From Minutocellus sp. GHC0000111 (Eukaryota): a stretch of 64,000 nt of DNA. This document shows positions 46,177 through 57,012 of the stretch, one piece after another. Where the stretch lies: contig OZ361257.1 of the NCBI GenBank assembly GCA_977018835.1, positions 1,302,001-1,366,000 of the forward strand, in the 5' to 3' direction. The first letter of the stretch is position 1. Every line of letters begins with the position of its first letter. The translations under genes were made by a program, and so were the position numbers. The notes below the pieces were generated by a model, which did not search any database, was not told the DNA's origin, and was given only the letters and a program-made list of their open reading frames with translations.

Positions 46177-48692
46177 CTATTCGATGTCCACCACTTCCTC
46201 GTGGAATCGCTCCCAAAGCTGGATTTCTCCTGATTGGCGCACCGACCCGTCAGGCCACGCAGCTAAATACGTTCCATGGTAGGACATGAAGGAAACTGTC
46301 CCATCGCCATTGCTGATTTCAGTCCACATCTCCCATCCAAGGATATGTTCGGCCATCCTCATGCTCGAATCCCACCACGCACTGAGATAGGTGCCTTTGG
46401 AGGAGCGAAGAGCTATCTTATCCTCGTCGCCGAGCGAGATCTTGGTCCAGGTCTTCTCTTTCTGCTCTGGCGATGCCAGTAGACCGACGCCGCCATTGTG
46501 GGAATAGAAATAAGTGTCGTGATTGGACAGGAAGGCGTAATTATCCAGGATCTGAGTAGGTACGCTGGTCGTAGGCTCGAAGAATACCTTGGTTGGTGCT
46601 CTGGATACATCTTGAGTTTGATCTGGAGTGGGCGTTGGCACTGGCGTAGGATCATCGCCATTGTCAATGGGAGTAGCACTGCTGTTGTTGTCGGTGTTTC
46701 TATTAGTGTGCTCGTGAGACACCTCCAATTCCCATGCTGACTCCTCCGATTCACCTTTCATTAGGATGGATCCGTCCTGTTTGTCGTCGACATAGACGCT
46801 TGCGGCACTACCGCCACTGGCGATTGGGGTAGCGTTGGTGCTTGAGGTTTTGTTTTGGATGTCCCATTTGAGCCGAATTCGATTGATGGTATGGTCACTT
46901 CCGAGGTCTATTACGATTCCTCCATCCGAATAATCAACTACCCAACTAGCAGAATTCGGGTTGGACGATACTGCGTCTCCGTCGTTGGACCAACCGGGCA
47001 TATCACCAAGGGTAATTACTTCCTCGCTATTGTAGAGAGAACGAATCTTGGCGTTCGTGTTGGGCCATTGGAATGTGAGCTCTGACCATGACATGAAGAA
47101 CGTCCAAAGCTTTTCTTGCGCAAGGCGGTTGGCCGATGGAAGCTCCCAGCATTCACCGATCGCAATGGGCTTGTTGCCAGCGACGCCGACCATTACATCA
47201 TACTTTTGTTTGGTGAAGCCCTCGTATACGTCAAGCGTTGTAACCTCCCAGTACTTTGGATTTGAGTGTGGACGTGGGTTGAGCAAAAGAAGTGGAGATG
47301 TAATGTATTATGAGGGTGATGGATAGGGCCTTTCGGTTTTTAGACAGAACGGACAACAAAGCAGAGCACAATTCACCTCATCTCCAGGATTGTAATCATG
47401 AGCATCCGTAGGCGAGTTCTGGAAGTCCTGCACATTCCAAGTCCAAACTGCGGTGGGTAAAGGTTTGAGGGAAGGTTATCCAAATCCGACCGTCTCGGGA
47501 AGGTTAGTGTCAAGAATCCATCTCGGTCGAGGGCAGGAGCAAACATGTCGAAGCTACGAGCCTAATCTTGAAGAATCTTCTTCTTCGTGACAAATTTCTC
47601 ACCTAGATTCGTCAGATTCTTTTCATGGAGAAGATAATCGTGTGTGATTTGATAGAGTCGGCGTGTTCCTTGGGGGCCAGGACGACCGCCCCACCAAAAG
47701 CTGTTTTATTTGTCAAGAGACCGAAGTCAGATAGGAGGAGCAGAATAGGGGGTATCAGATTTCTTCGAGAAGATCCATTCTACCAATTGGTACATTGCGA
47801 CTGTACTTTGATCCATTTTCCACACGCACTTACCAACCTTGGTTCATCTCGTGCAACGGACGGAACAGAACCTCAACGCCTTCGTCTTGGAGCCATTCGA
47901 GGTACTGAGCGATGTCGTCCATCATTTTGACCCACCGTTTGTAAAGAGCTGTCCCTTCGGTAATCAGTTCCTCCCATTTCTCATCCGGCATACGACCACT
48001 CCAGGGTCCATCTCCGTGGCAATGGCTTGACCAGGTACAAGGCTCGTGAAGAGTAGGGTTGCAGGCGTGCCTACGAGTTGGGAGAAGAATCAATTTGTAG
48101 ACATCATTGACAATAGCAATGTAAGAGGTTGAGCAGTTTTCAGGTTAAAGTCGAGCTATGAGCACTAGCCAAACCCATCAGGCCCAACATACAGTATACC
48201 TAGTATGGTAACTTACCACATAATAGAAATGATAGCTCCGTCGTCCCACTGCTTCTTGGCTTCCCGTACCATGCCCCATCGATTCGCGATACTCTCAACA
48301 TCGAACAAAAAGTCACCGCCCCTTGAACGACAACCAAGCAATTTTGGGAAGAGGCAATAGATCGGGTGATAGATTTTTATGTGAGACCTTACATTGCGGT
48401 CAAATCAAATGCCATTCATACATGTACGAGCAGTAAAGTGAGAGATACTATGAAACATGCAACGTCGTGGCTCTAGCTTAGCTTACCATAGACCAGGTGT
48501 CTTTCCGGATACTTCGATAGCTTGGTCGGTGAAGGAGGATGGAGTTTTGCTGATTTTGTTATGTAAGCCAACCACAGTTCCCTCACCTCGGATGCTGTAT
48601 AGATAGTCCAGCGTCTTCCATTTTGTTGCAACGGCCTCGTGTGGTACAATGATGCCTACGACGAGGAGAGTGAGGAGGCCGAAGGATATCAT
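46177..48692 (-). CDS. Secreted GH26 glycoside hydrolase (beta-mannanase-like) with C-terminal fascin-like beta-trefoil; exons 48692-48487, 48321-48217, 48070-47834, 47700-47603, 47447-47377, 47253-46177
   Basis: Spliced product: signal peptide, PGLWGGDF, MWHAC, FRPLHEMNQGCFWWGG (acid/base Glu), NLVWTW, YNPGDEYW, IAIGEC (nucleophile); all five introns GT-AG and frame-consistent. Confidence 0.85.
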
Positions 48693-48946
48693 TGCTACTT
48701 ACTTGGTGATCTGAGAAAGAGAGATAGAACTGGTGGGAGAGTTTGCTGCACTCCAAAGCCTTTGAGAAGGACAGAGCTTGAAAGAAATGAATAGCTTTAC
48801 TGCCAACCGATCGCGCAGTAGTAGTCTTCATGTAAGTCTTTCGACGTTGGGCACAGAAAAGCTGCGCGGCGTTTCTCGTCAAAATCTGTGACTTGCGCTG
48901 TGCGATTTGAATTGAATTCCAAAGGATAGTGGTGAATTCCGTCGCT

Positions 48947-49432
48947 ATGTTGGACCTTTGAGGTGGGCGGAGGGTGGTAAGGGAATTGAGCATACTACTT
49001 TACAGACTACTCTATATGATGATGATGCCCGCGAATACTTCAACGACCGTGAGATCAGTGTGATCAATGTTTCAGTGGAAGTAGATGAGGATGTTTTGTA
49101 CCTGCCTCCAGGCGGTGGCGACCCCTTGAATCTCGGAACTATTGAGAGTGGAAGTTTCGAGCAATACTTCCAGAAGCCAACCGTTTGGGTTTCTATTCGA
49201 GGGCTTCGTCTGAGATCTAATGAGAACGGACTTGCTGAAGGATGCTCTGCGTGAGAAGCTGGATGATGAGGAGAACGAGGTCAATATCGTTGAATGCTTC
49301 AGGAAGAAGGAGAATGGATTCTTTTATGTCAGGTTTGGAATTGTGCACGAGGCTGAGGGGTGCGAGAAGATGCTCGATGGCCAAGAGTTGCTTGGTGGAC
49401 GCGTTGGGGTGAAACGCGTGTATGAGAAGTAA
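48947..49432 (+). pseudogene. Disrupted gene fragment ending in an RRM-like domain
   Basis: VWVSIRGL...GFFYVRF...CEKMLDGQELLGGRVGV split over two frames; no clean start. Confidence 0.45.
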
Positions 49433-49569
49433 GAATAACTCTCTAGCATTTTCTTGGTACAAATTTAGCTACGAAGCCAAAATGCAATAATCGCATTTAT
49501 ATAATGATTCCACGGTCTCGCTGTAGAACTTCCATCTAAGTGCAGAACTCTACATCATGATCAGGGATC

Positions 49570-52066
49570 TCATCGCCGAGCGTAAATGGTACCCGCGGAG
49601 TGCCGGGGCCGTCTCGTTCTGATGACTCCTCCACCTCCCCCACCTCCTCCCCGTTTGTCGCCATCTTCTCTCACATGGAAGTATCTCTTTGCGCGCAGAG
49701 ACCGACCGAAGCCAATGGACGGTGTAGGCAGAGCGTTGTGATTTACCTTTGTCGCGATGGAATTGCTCACACGTGGAAATAGACTGTTGCATCCGATGCA
49801 GCGATATGGTGCTCGGCCGATCATGAGTGAGTCCTTTTCTTCCGTCAGACCAAGCCGAGCCTTTTCGATGGACTTGGACTATGTTGGATACGTCTGAGCT
49901 GGTCATCTTTTGTTTCAGGCCCTGGTGGATGTCACCAATCGCCAATTGCAAGGCCTCGTGGGTCGCAAAGCGATCCTTGTAGCTTGATTCGACTGATCCA
50001 AGTAGAGCCTTTACCTGATCCAAGCTCGGCTTGTCATCCAGCTTGGAAATGAGACTTTCCAATTCTTTCTGAAGACTACCAAATGTCGTCTGTGCCGCTT
50101 CTATAGAGGCCAGAGCCTCTTGTAATCGCTTATCATCCCCATCGGATGCTTCACTGACACCGCCAGTACCAAAATTTGCGTCGCTGGCACTATCAGATGA
50201 GGTTGCCAAGCCGTCTTCAAGCAATTGACGTATGGTATCTGCCAAGGCGTCGTATTTTGTGTTGCATTTGTTCTCGAGTGATGCCACCGTGCTATCAAGG
50301 TGCGAGCTATCTACCTTTTCTTTCTCGAGTCGAAGAAGGCTCTTGTCGACTTGGTTCTTCCAGCCGTCGTCTGTTGATACAGCGGGGAGATTTCTGCTCT
50401 TTTGAGCCACGAGCTTGGCATCTTGATCGTCCAGGCGATCGCTGAGAAGTCTCATCTTTTGCTCAAGGTCCGAAACGACAGCGTCGTTCACCGAATTACC
50501 ATGGCTGTGAGTTTTATCCATTTCTACCTTCGCTGGCGACAAATCTGATTGACCTCGAGACTGTTGCGATAATTCGAGCTCATTTTGGGCCAGGCGAGAG
50601 GATAGCTCCATGGATAGATCATCCACGCGTTGATTTGTCTCCTCAATATTCTTTTGGGTGATTTTGTTTTGCTCTTGCAGTATGGAATTAAGTGTAATTG
50701 GAGCTGGGGCTGGAGCTGAATTATCGCTAGATTTCTCCTCGGTCTTGTTGGATGCATCGATACAGCCATCCAAAAATGCGTCCATAGCGTCCACTCGACT
50801 TTTGATGTCCAATATTTCCATCTCTAGCTTGAGGATGTTCTCTTTCATTGCGTTGCTATCGGACGATTCAATTTCATTGCTAGCAGCCGATTTTTCGCAC
50901 TCAGCTTTAAGAGCAGAGTTGCTATTTCCATTGTGGTGCTTTCTCAAAATTTCATCGTACGTACCTTCCAATCGTTCGAGGCGTGAGACCAACGTGTCGT
51001 GAAATGCAAGCTTGGTTTTAGAAGCATTGAACACTACTGTCGACGACCGATGACTTGCGCAATTTATTTGGTTTTGGCGGGCCGGCGATTGCTTTGATAC
51101 GGCTGTGTTGTTTGTCGAACCTTGCCCGGCGTCTGGGCGTAAAAGTGCTGTTGGTAGTGTCTTGTCGATATCATTGGCAATATCTTCAACGTTGATCGAT
51201 GAGTCGTCCTCATTCGTCTCGTCAGGCTCGTCTAAAGATTTTGTTAGGATTCTATCGTCGCCGACAATTGTGCCATTTCCCAATGATGTCGCGGCGGATA
51301 CAGTAAGAGATCGTTCATCGGTCTCCCCGGGATGCTTCTTCTCTTTGTCAGGGTGGTCAACAGAGCCATCGTCCACTTCCTCACGAATGTCTTCATGCTC
51401 TACTAGTAGGCCTACATCTGTATCCCGTAGTTCCGACTGGATAGTCGAGGACGGCTTTTTGCTATGAGTGACCTTGATCTTGCCACCCTGTACTCGGTGA
51501 TTCTCTTCCATCTCTGCAATCTCAGCGGCGGTCTCCCAATCCTTTTGTTCCTTCTCGCTACCGCCACTGTTATCGCCATCGCCGTCACCATCGTTGCCAG
51601 GAGTAAAACCAAGATTGTGCGTCAACAAGGTCAAGGTTTCTCTCATCGCCGACAGTTCCTGGCCATACCTACTATCCATATTCTTCACCTCTTCGCGGAG
51701 GTCGCGGTTATCCTTCTCGGACGATGCCAGCCTTTCGACAAGATTGTCGATTTGGGCGCCATATCGCTGCTGGAATTCTTCTTGAAGCTCCTTCTTCTGT
51801 TCTTCTTTTTTGGCTTGTTGGGCTTGTTGCACTTGCCTGGCATCGAGATACTTCTGTTCGAGGACGTCTATTCTCGTTGAAATCCCATTGCATTGTGAAT
51901 TCAATTCGTGCGTAGAGGTCTGTTGCTCCTGAATCAATGTAAGGAGGTGACGAAGAGTATCCTGGATGGCCTGTTGGGGTTCCTGGAAGCTAATGGACTT
52001 GATGGCATTGTTGGCTAGGGCCGTCGGATTGATTACTTTGGAGTAAGAGTTTGGACCTTCATCCAT
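49570..52066 (-). CDS. Long coiled-coil protein with C-terminal CxxC motif; apparent +1 frameshift at ~49877
   Basis: 838-aa ORF degenerates after SNIV; the shifted frame reads KSIEKARLGLTEEKDSLMIGRAPYRCIGCN... Confidence 0.7.
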
Positions 52067-52286
52067 ACTTCGAGAGGACTACCAAGGGTGAGATAAATGC
52101 TACCTAGGTAAACTGGAACGGGGGTTAGATGCTTCATGGCGTCATACGCAAAAAATAGCCTCATCAGGGGTCAATAGCCTCATCCATTTTTACGCCAACC
52201 AACAACAAACCAGAACCAGAGCCCCTGAAAACGATCGTTTTCACCTCCTTGTCATTCCTCACTAGCAAAATAGTACGTCGTAACTC

Positions 52287-53236
52287 ATGGAACAACATTC
52301 CACATCAAGAGCTCAGCGTCGAGCGAAGGAGCGCGCGGCGATACACGCTCGCACGGAAGATAATAAGCCATCGATTCAAGGCAAAGTCCCCCGACGCCGC
52401 CGAAGGGGACTTCAATCAACAAGGAGCAAGCCACTCTGGGACGATAGTGTGGCTGGCAAGGTACTGCCACCATCTCGTCGTGAATTGGCTGCCCCCACAA
52501 CCACGAAAACCAAAAAGTCCACGAGCAATAATCGTCCAAAGTCCAGAATCAGGACCATTGACCTCATCGATCGAAGTGATGGATCTCCAACTTGCACTCG
52601 ACAAGTACGATCCATCATTTGCAAGCGTCCCTCCGTCGACGGCAAGATATCTCAATGCCTTACCAAGAATGCAGCGACTTCACCAGTCGATACTTCTTGT
52701 GCTCAAAACTGTATTGGCGAGCCGCTTCTCGCCATGTCAGTAGCTAACTCCAGCACAGAGAGGCCGAAGCACTTGTCAAGCTTGAAAAACATCTAATCGA
52801 GTTAGAGACGCTTGAAGATATGATTCGTATGGGCATTGATGATAGTATGTCTATCTTTGGACCTGAACATTGTTCTTCCGGCGACATTTGCGATTGTGAC
52901 AGCCTCGAGGAGGATGTGGAACAAGATTTGCCAACAACTGATGCTGACGACGACAGTAGATCAGTTCAATCATTTGTCGAACCTACCTCCAAAGCTGCTT
53001 CTGAGATCCCAGCTCCACTCAACATAAGTCTTGAGGAGGCTATCGAAGCTCGGCTGATCCGCTCGTCTCGGGCGAACCAATACCGTCGCCGACGGATCGT
53101 TGAGGAGCCGTTCGAGAGGACCGGCTTGCCTGCCCACGTTGTCATCGAGAGGGCAGTAGAATCAATAATCGACGACGAGATCCAACTTATTGCGCATGAA
53201 TTTGATTTATTTCCTCTAGCCGAGCGCTTAGACTAG
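52287..53236 (+). CDS. Hypothetical protein; apparent -1 frameshift in A5 run 52785-52789
   Basis: ORFs 52287-52796 and 52820-53236 join if one A is added (LKKHLIELETLEDMIR). Confidence 0.55.
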
Positions 53237-53594
53237 TACCTACTACCGCAGTTAGTAGTACCTGAGCTATAGATGCAATAAGGTAGCAACTAATATTTGC
53301 GATTTATGTAGAGAGTCGAGTCTAATCAAAAACAAATCCGTCGTTCCTTCTTGCTTGCCATCACAATACAGCAACTACGGACTAGCAGCGTACTCTTCGC
53401 CGTCTACACCTTCCTGGTCCTCTCCTTCTCCAGCTACTTCCTGGCCCCACATCTTTCGCATCCTCTCGACAGCACCTGGCTTGACAGGTCGGCGCCTCTT
53501 GCTATCAATGTAGTGCATCCTCATCCTTGCACCCTTATCTAACTTGCAAAATGTGTAAACCTCTATCTATAGATGCATCTAAATACATCTACAT

Positions 53595-55112
53595 CTACCA
53601 ACTCCCACCACGCCCTCCCGAGCTGTGCCCGCCACCAAAGCTGCTTCCTCCACCAGAGCGGCGGCTTCCAGAACCAGATGGACTTTGTTGGTGATTTGGG
53701 TCGTTGCGAATAAAGGTAGGATCATTCATCATTGACCCACTGTACCCTCTCTGAGTCCAGCGTTCAACGTCGCTATGCCGAACATATCGGGGATAACGGG
53801 CGGAAAGTCTACCAAGGCGGAAGGCTCTTTCCAACTCAAACATATCGTTATTGGGCTGTCCAAACATCATGTAATTATTGTTGTTGTTGCCCACATTCTG
53901 CTGTCTATTGTTGCCCTGAGATTCCATCATCGAAGGTGCTGATGGGGTTGGGGGAGGAGACCCACCGACATCTTGCTTACAAATTGGACATTTACTTGGA
54001 TCGCCATGTCCACTTTCTATCCACTCCTCCCAGCACGTCATATCAAACGCATGACCACATCGAAGCAGCTTCAACGGCCTTCCATCGCTCCCAATCGTTG
54101 GAAGTTTCTTTTTGGTTGTACTGCCGTCGGCCTTTGCACTAGTGGCATTTTCATTCACTGATGCTTTGTCATCATGCGTTGCGCTGCCGTGATCACTACC
54201 CTTCAATGGGCTCATCTCTCCTTCGCCCGAAGTAGGTTGAGCAAAATCGGCCAGACAAATTGCACATGAGTTACATTCATACTGTCCATGAAGGGCAAGG
54301 GCCCGATCTCTGTCCAATTTGCTCAGCTGGCTCCTTACTTCTGCATATCTCTTCTTTTCGCGGCCATCTTTGTAAATATTGTAGACGATGAACGAAGCAA
54401 TGCCGCCTCCCAGTAAAAAGAATGGCCAGTCCGATGGAGGTCCCTGCTTGACGTATATTTCCATCTCATCAATACCTCTCATCACTGCATCACCATACTC
54501 CTTTCGCCGAAGAAGATTGCCCATCTGAGATATAACATTATCGAGTCGACCGTCAGTGAGGACCTTTTGCACAGCCGATCCGGTGGAAATGAATATCTCC
54601 CTATCATCGACCGATAGAAAGATGAGGATGCCAGTGCCTCCACAGGAAGTGTCAGAGCCGACGCCCCAATCATCGTGAATGCCCATGGCCATGTCCCGTG
54701 CCGCCTCATCCTTTCCTGATGCCCAGTAGTTGCTCAAGTCCATCTTTCGGACCACCGCGACTGCCAACTGTAGTGGTTGTTTTTCATTTCCGTTTGCATT
54801 CTGTTTGCGCGAAGGAAGCGAATTCATCAACTCGAAATTCTGGATCCTCTCACCAAGATTTACCTTGTCCTTGGTGCCGAATAGTCCGTCGGGGTCGCAT
54901 ATGCGAGTGTAGGACGAGCGGCACGCCTCAGGATCAATTTCGGGGTTTGGAAACGTTGAGCGAGTCCAATCAAAGAGTTGTCGATTCTGTGAGTCGTCCA
55001 CGGCCGCCGCGGAGGACGAGGCGGAGACTGGTTGTTGGACGATAAGAGTCAGAATGAAAACTGCCGAAACGAGAGGCATATACTTATGAAATATTGGCGA
55101 CCGCATGATCAT
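53595..55112 (-). CDS. TPM-domain membrane protein with RING finger and Gly-rich tail
   Basis: Signal peptide, ICDPDG, WGVG...GILIFLSVDDREIFISTG (TPM), TM helix, CAIC...CGHAFDMTC...W...CPIC, FGGGHSSGGRGGSW. Confidence 0.85.
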   Translation of the reverse strand: MIMRSPIFHKYMPLVSAVFILTLIVQQPVSASSSAAAVDDSQNRQLFDWTRSTFPNPEIDPEACRSSYTRICDPDGLFGTKDKVNLGERIQNFELMNSLPSRKQNANGNEKQPLQLAVAVVRKMDLSNYWASGKDEAARDMAMGIHDDWGVGSDTSCGGTGILIFLSVDDREIFISTGSAVQKVLTDGRLDNVISQMGNLLRRKEYGDAVMRGIDEMEIYVKQGPPSDWPFFLLGGGIASFIVYNIYKDGREKKRYAEVRSQLSKLDRDRALALHGQYECNSCAICLADFAQPTSGEGEMSPLKGSDHGSATHDDKASVNENATSAKADGSTTKKKLPTIGSDGRPLKLLRCGHAFDMTCWEEWIESGHGDPSKCPICKQDVGGSPPPTPSAPSMMESQGNNRQQNVGNNNNNYMMFGQPNNDMFELERAFRLGRLSARYPRYVRHSDVERWTQRGYSGSMMNDPTFIRNDPNHQQSPSGSGSRRSGGGSSFGGGHSSGGRGGSW

Positions 55113-55788
55113 GAAAAGGGCCAAAATGGGTCGCGAAGGGTGAATGGTTTTATGGCCAATTGAGAGCACTCATACGCATAAACCGAGAGTCAGTGCCGCC
55201 AGGTGGATCCGGCCGTTCTGCAGTATGCACGTCCCAGTTGCACATCTGGTAGTCACTAGTTTTAGTCTATATTAGTTCGACTGTCTCTGTTCGCCTCCTG
55301 TTCGATTTGCAAGTTGGCAAATTTGCAAGTTGGCAGAATGCGACTTGCGACTTGGGTTCGCAAGCACGGAGCATGAGAGAGGAAGAGTGACGAGTGCGGA
55401 CCTCGATAGACCCTTACCGACATTATTCCAGCGAGAAAAATGTATTTGGCAAACAAATGGCTGAATGTGGTCATAAAGTACCGGTACCTAGAGAATTGAG
55501 CTTTTATTTAAAGAGGTCAACACCATCTCATGCGTGTGGGAGCTTTGTGGTGTGTGGTGGCGAACACGAACCTGTTGCCCGCTCCTGACTGACTGAATAA
55601 TAACGTGTTCTTCGTTTGCTCCAGATCTACTGCACCCCAACGTTTATTTCGAAGAGAGGCACATCGCCCGAATGTCTGAAACATTCACAAAGAAGCCCTT
55701 CACCAAATTCTTTCGCAACATACATGTATTCTTTTCTTCCAGCCCTCCTCTCCCCCATCCGTCTCTTGTTGTTGATGCACCATTGGAT

Positions 55789-56608
55789 CTACATACAAAT
55801 GCGATACGTCACATACCGACCAGCAGTCTCCGAGGGTCGGATGATCTTCACCACATGACCACGCTTCATTCCATAGTATCGAGCCACGGGGTCGTTCGGT
55901 TGGATGCGGGGCAGCTGTGTCTCCTTCAGGCGGTACCTCCGCAGCAGCTCCTGCTTCTCATTCTGCGACAGCACCTGGTGCTCCGGAACGAGCTTGTGCT
56001 CGGTGATGTCCACCAAGAGCTCAGCCTCCTTAAAGTGCTCGATGCGGAAGGAGTCACTGACCTCCTGCACGGCCTGCTTGGCAAAGGGGGTGATGTCCAC
56101 CCGCAGGACGAGGATGGCATTCGAGACCCCCTCCTCCTTCATTCGGTCGGTGTACACCTTGATCGGCTTGACTCCAACCTTTTCGTCCTCGGGGAAGAAT
56201 ACGAACAGCTGGTTCGATTCGTCGTCAGCTTTTTCCTATCGATGAGAGGGAGGGAGAATTGGTGAGGCGTTCAGTAGTGTCTGGTGACAGCATAACAAAC
56301 ATATCAAAATGAGCACATATATGCATGAGCGAAAGCGAGCCAAATATGACACAATAACGTACCACGAGGATGGTAAGGCCCTCACGGGTTGGGAACTCTC
56401 CGAACCGCTCCGTGAAGGACGCCGGGGTCATGTCGCGCATCTCCCTTGGGACCATGTACCCGCGCTTGCCCAGCATGGCCGAGATGGTCTTGTACACCCG
56501 AAACAGGCGGGAGGCCTCTGGCGTCAGGCCGCCCCGAGCGTTGGTGGCGGACGATTGGGCCAGGACACCCCCATCGGCACCGGCATCCTCCATTTCAATG
56601 TCGGACAT
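55789..56608 (-). CDS. RPB5: RNA polymerases I/II/III subunit RPB5; intron 56236-56362
   Basis: MLGKRGY, ELLVDITEHKLVPEH, LPRIQPNDPVARYYG, IIRPSETAGRYVTYR. Confidence 0.97.
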
Positions 56609-57012
56609 CCTATTTTCTATTGCAGTGCCTCTTGGCTGATTACTATGTCACTAATTCAACGCGTCAAAGCAGAAGCAAGTCTTCTTGCTGCACCCGACCC
56701 CCAGGCTTGGAAACTGACCTGCGACTGAATGAAAATGAAAACGAAAGGCAGAGCGTAGCGACGAGCGACGGCAAGACCTGAACATTCAACTCCTACGTAC
56801 GTATGTACGTACGAGTCTACTACGCAGTCCGTACGTAACTGAGCGAATGACCAAGACTCAGAAAAATGTTTCCGGGAATGAGTCGCATGCAAAATCTTCG
56901 CACATGCAGCAGCCGCAGGACCGCATCGGTTCATTGGTTTGCTTATTCTCGTGAAGAGCTGCTGGCGGCGAGGCCCAAGTGTACCGCTGCTGTACAAACA
57001 GTTACCGGCAAA

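Noticed and set aside
13061..52790. Programmed ribosomal frameshifting as a general system
   Set aside because: Shift sites differ in direction and sequence; two lie in homopolymers typical of sequencing error
55306..55335. Tandem TTTGCAAGTTGGCA, and AATAGCCTCATC twice near 52153-52184
   Set aside because: Two copies each; cannot be distinguished from local duplication
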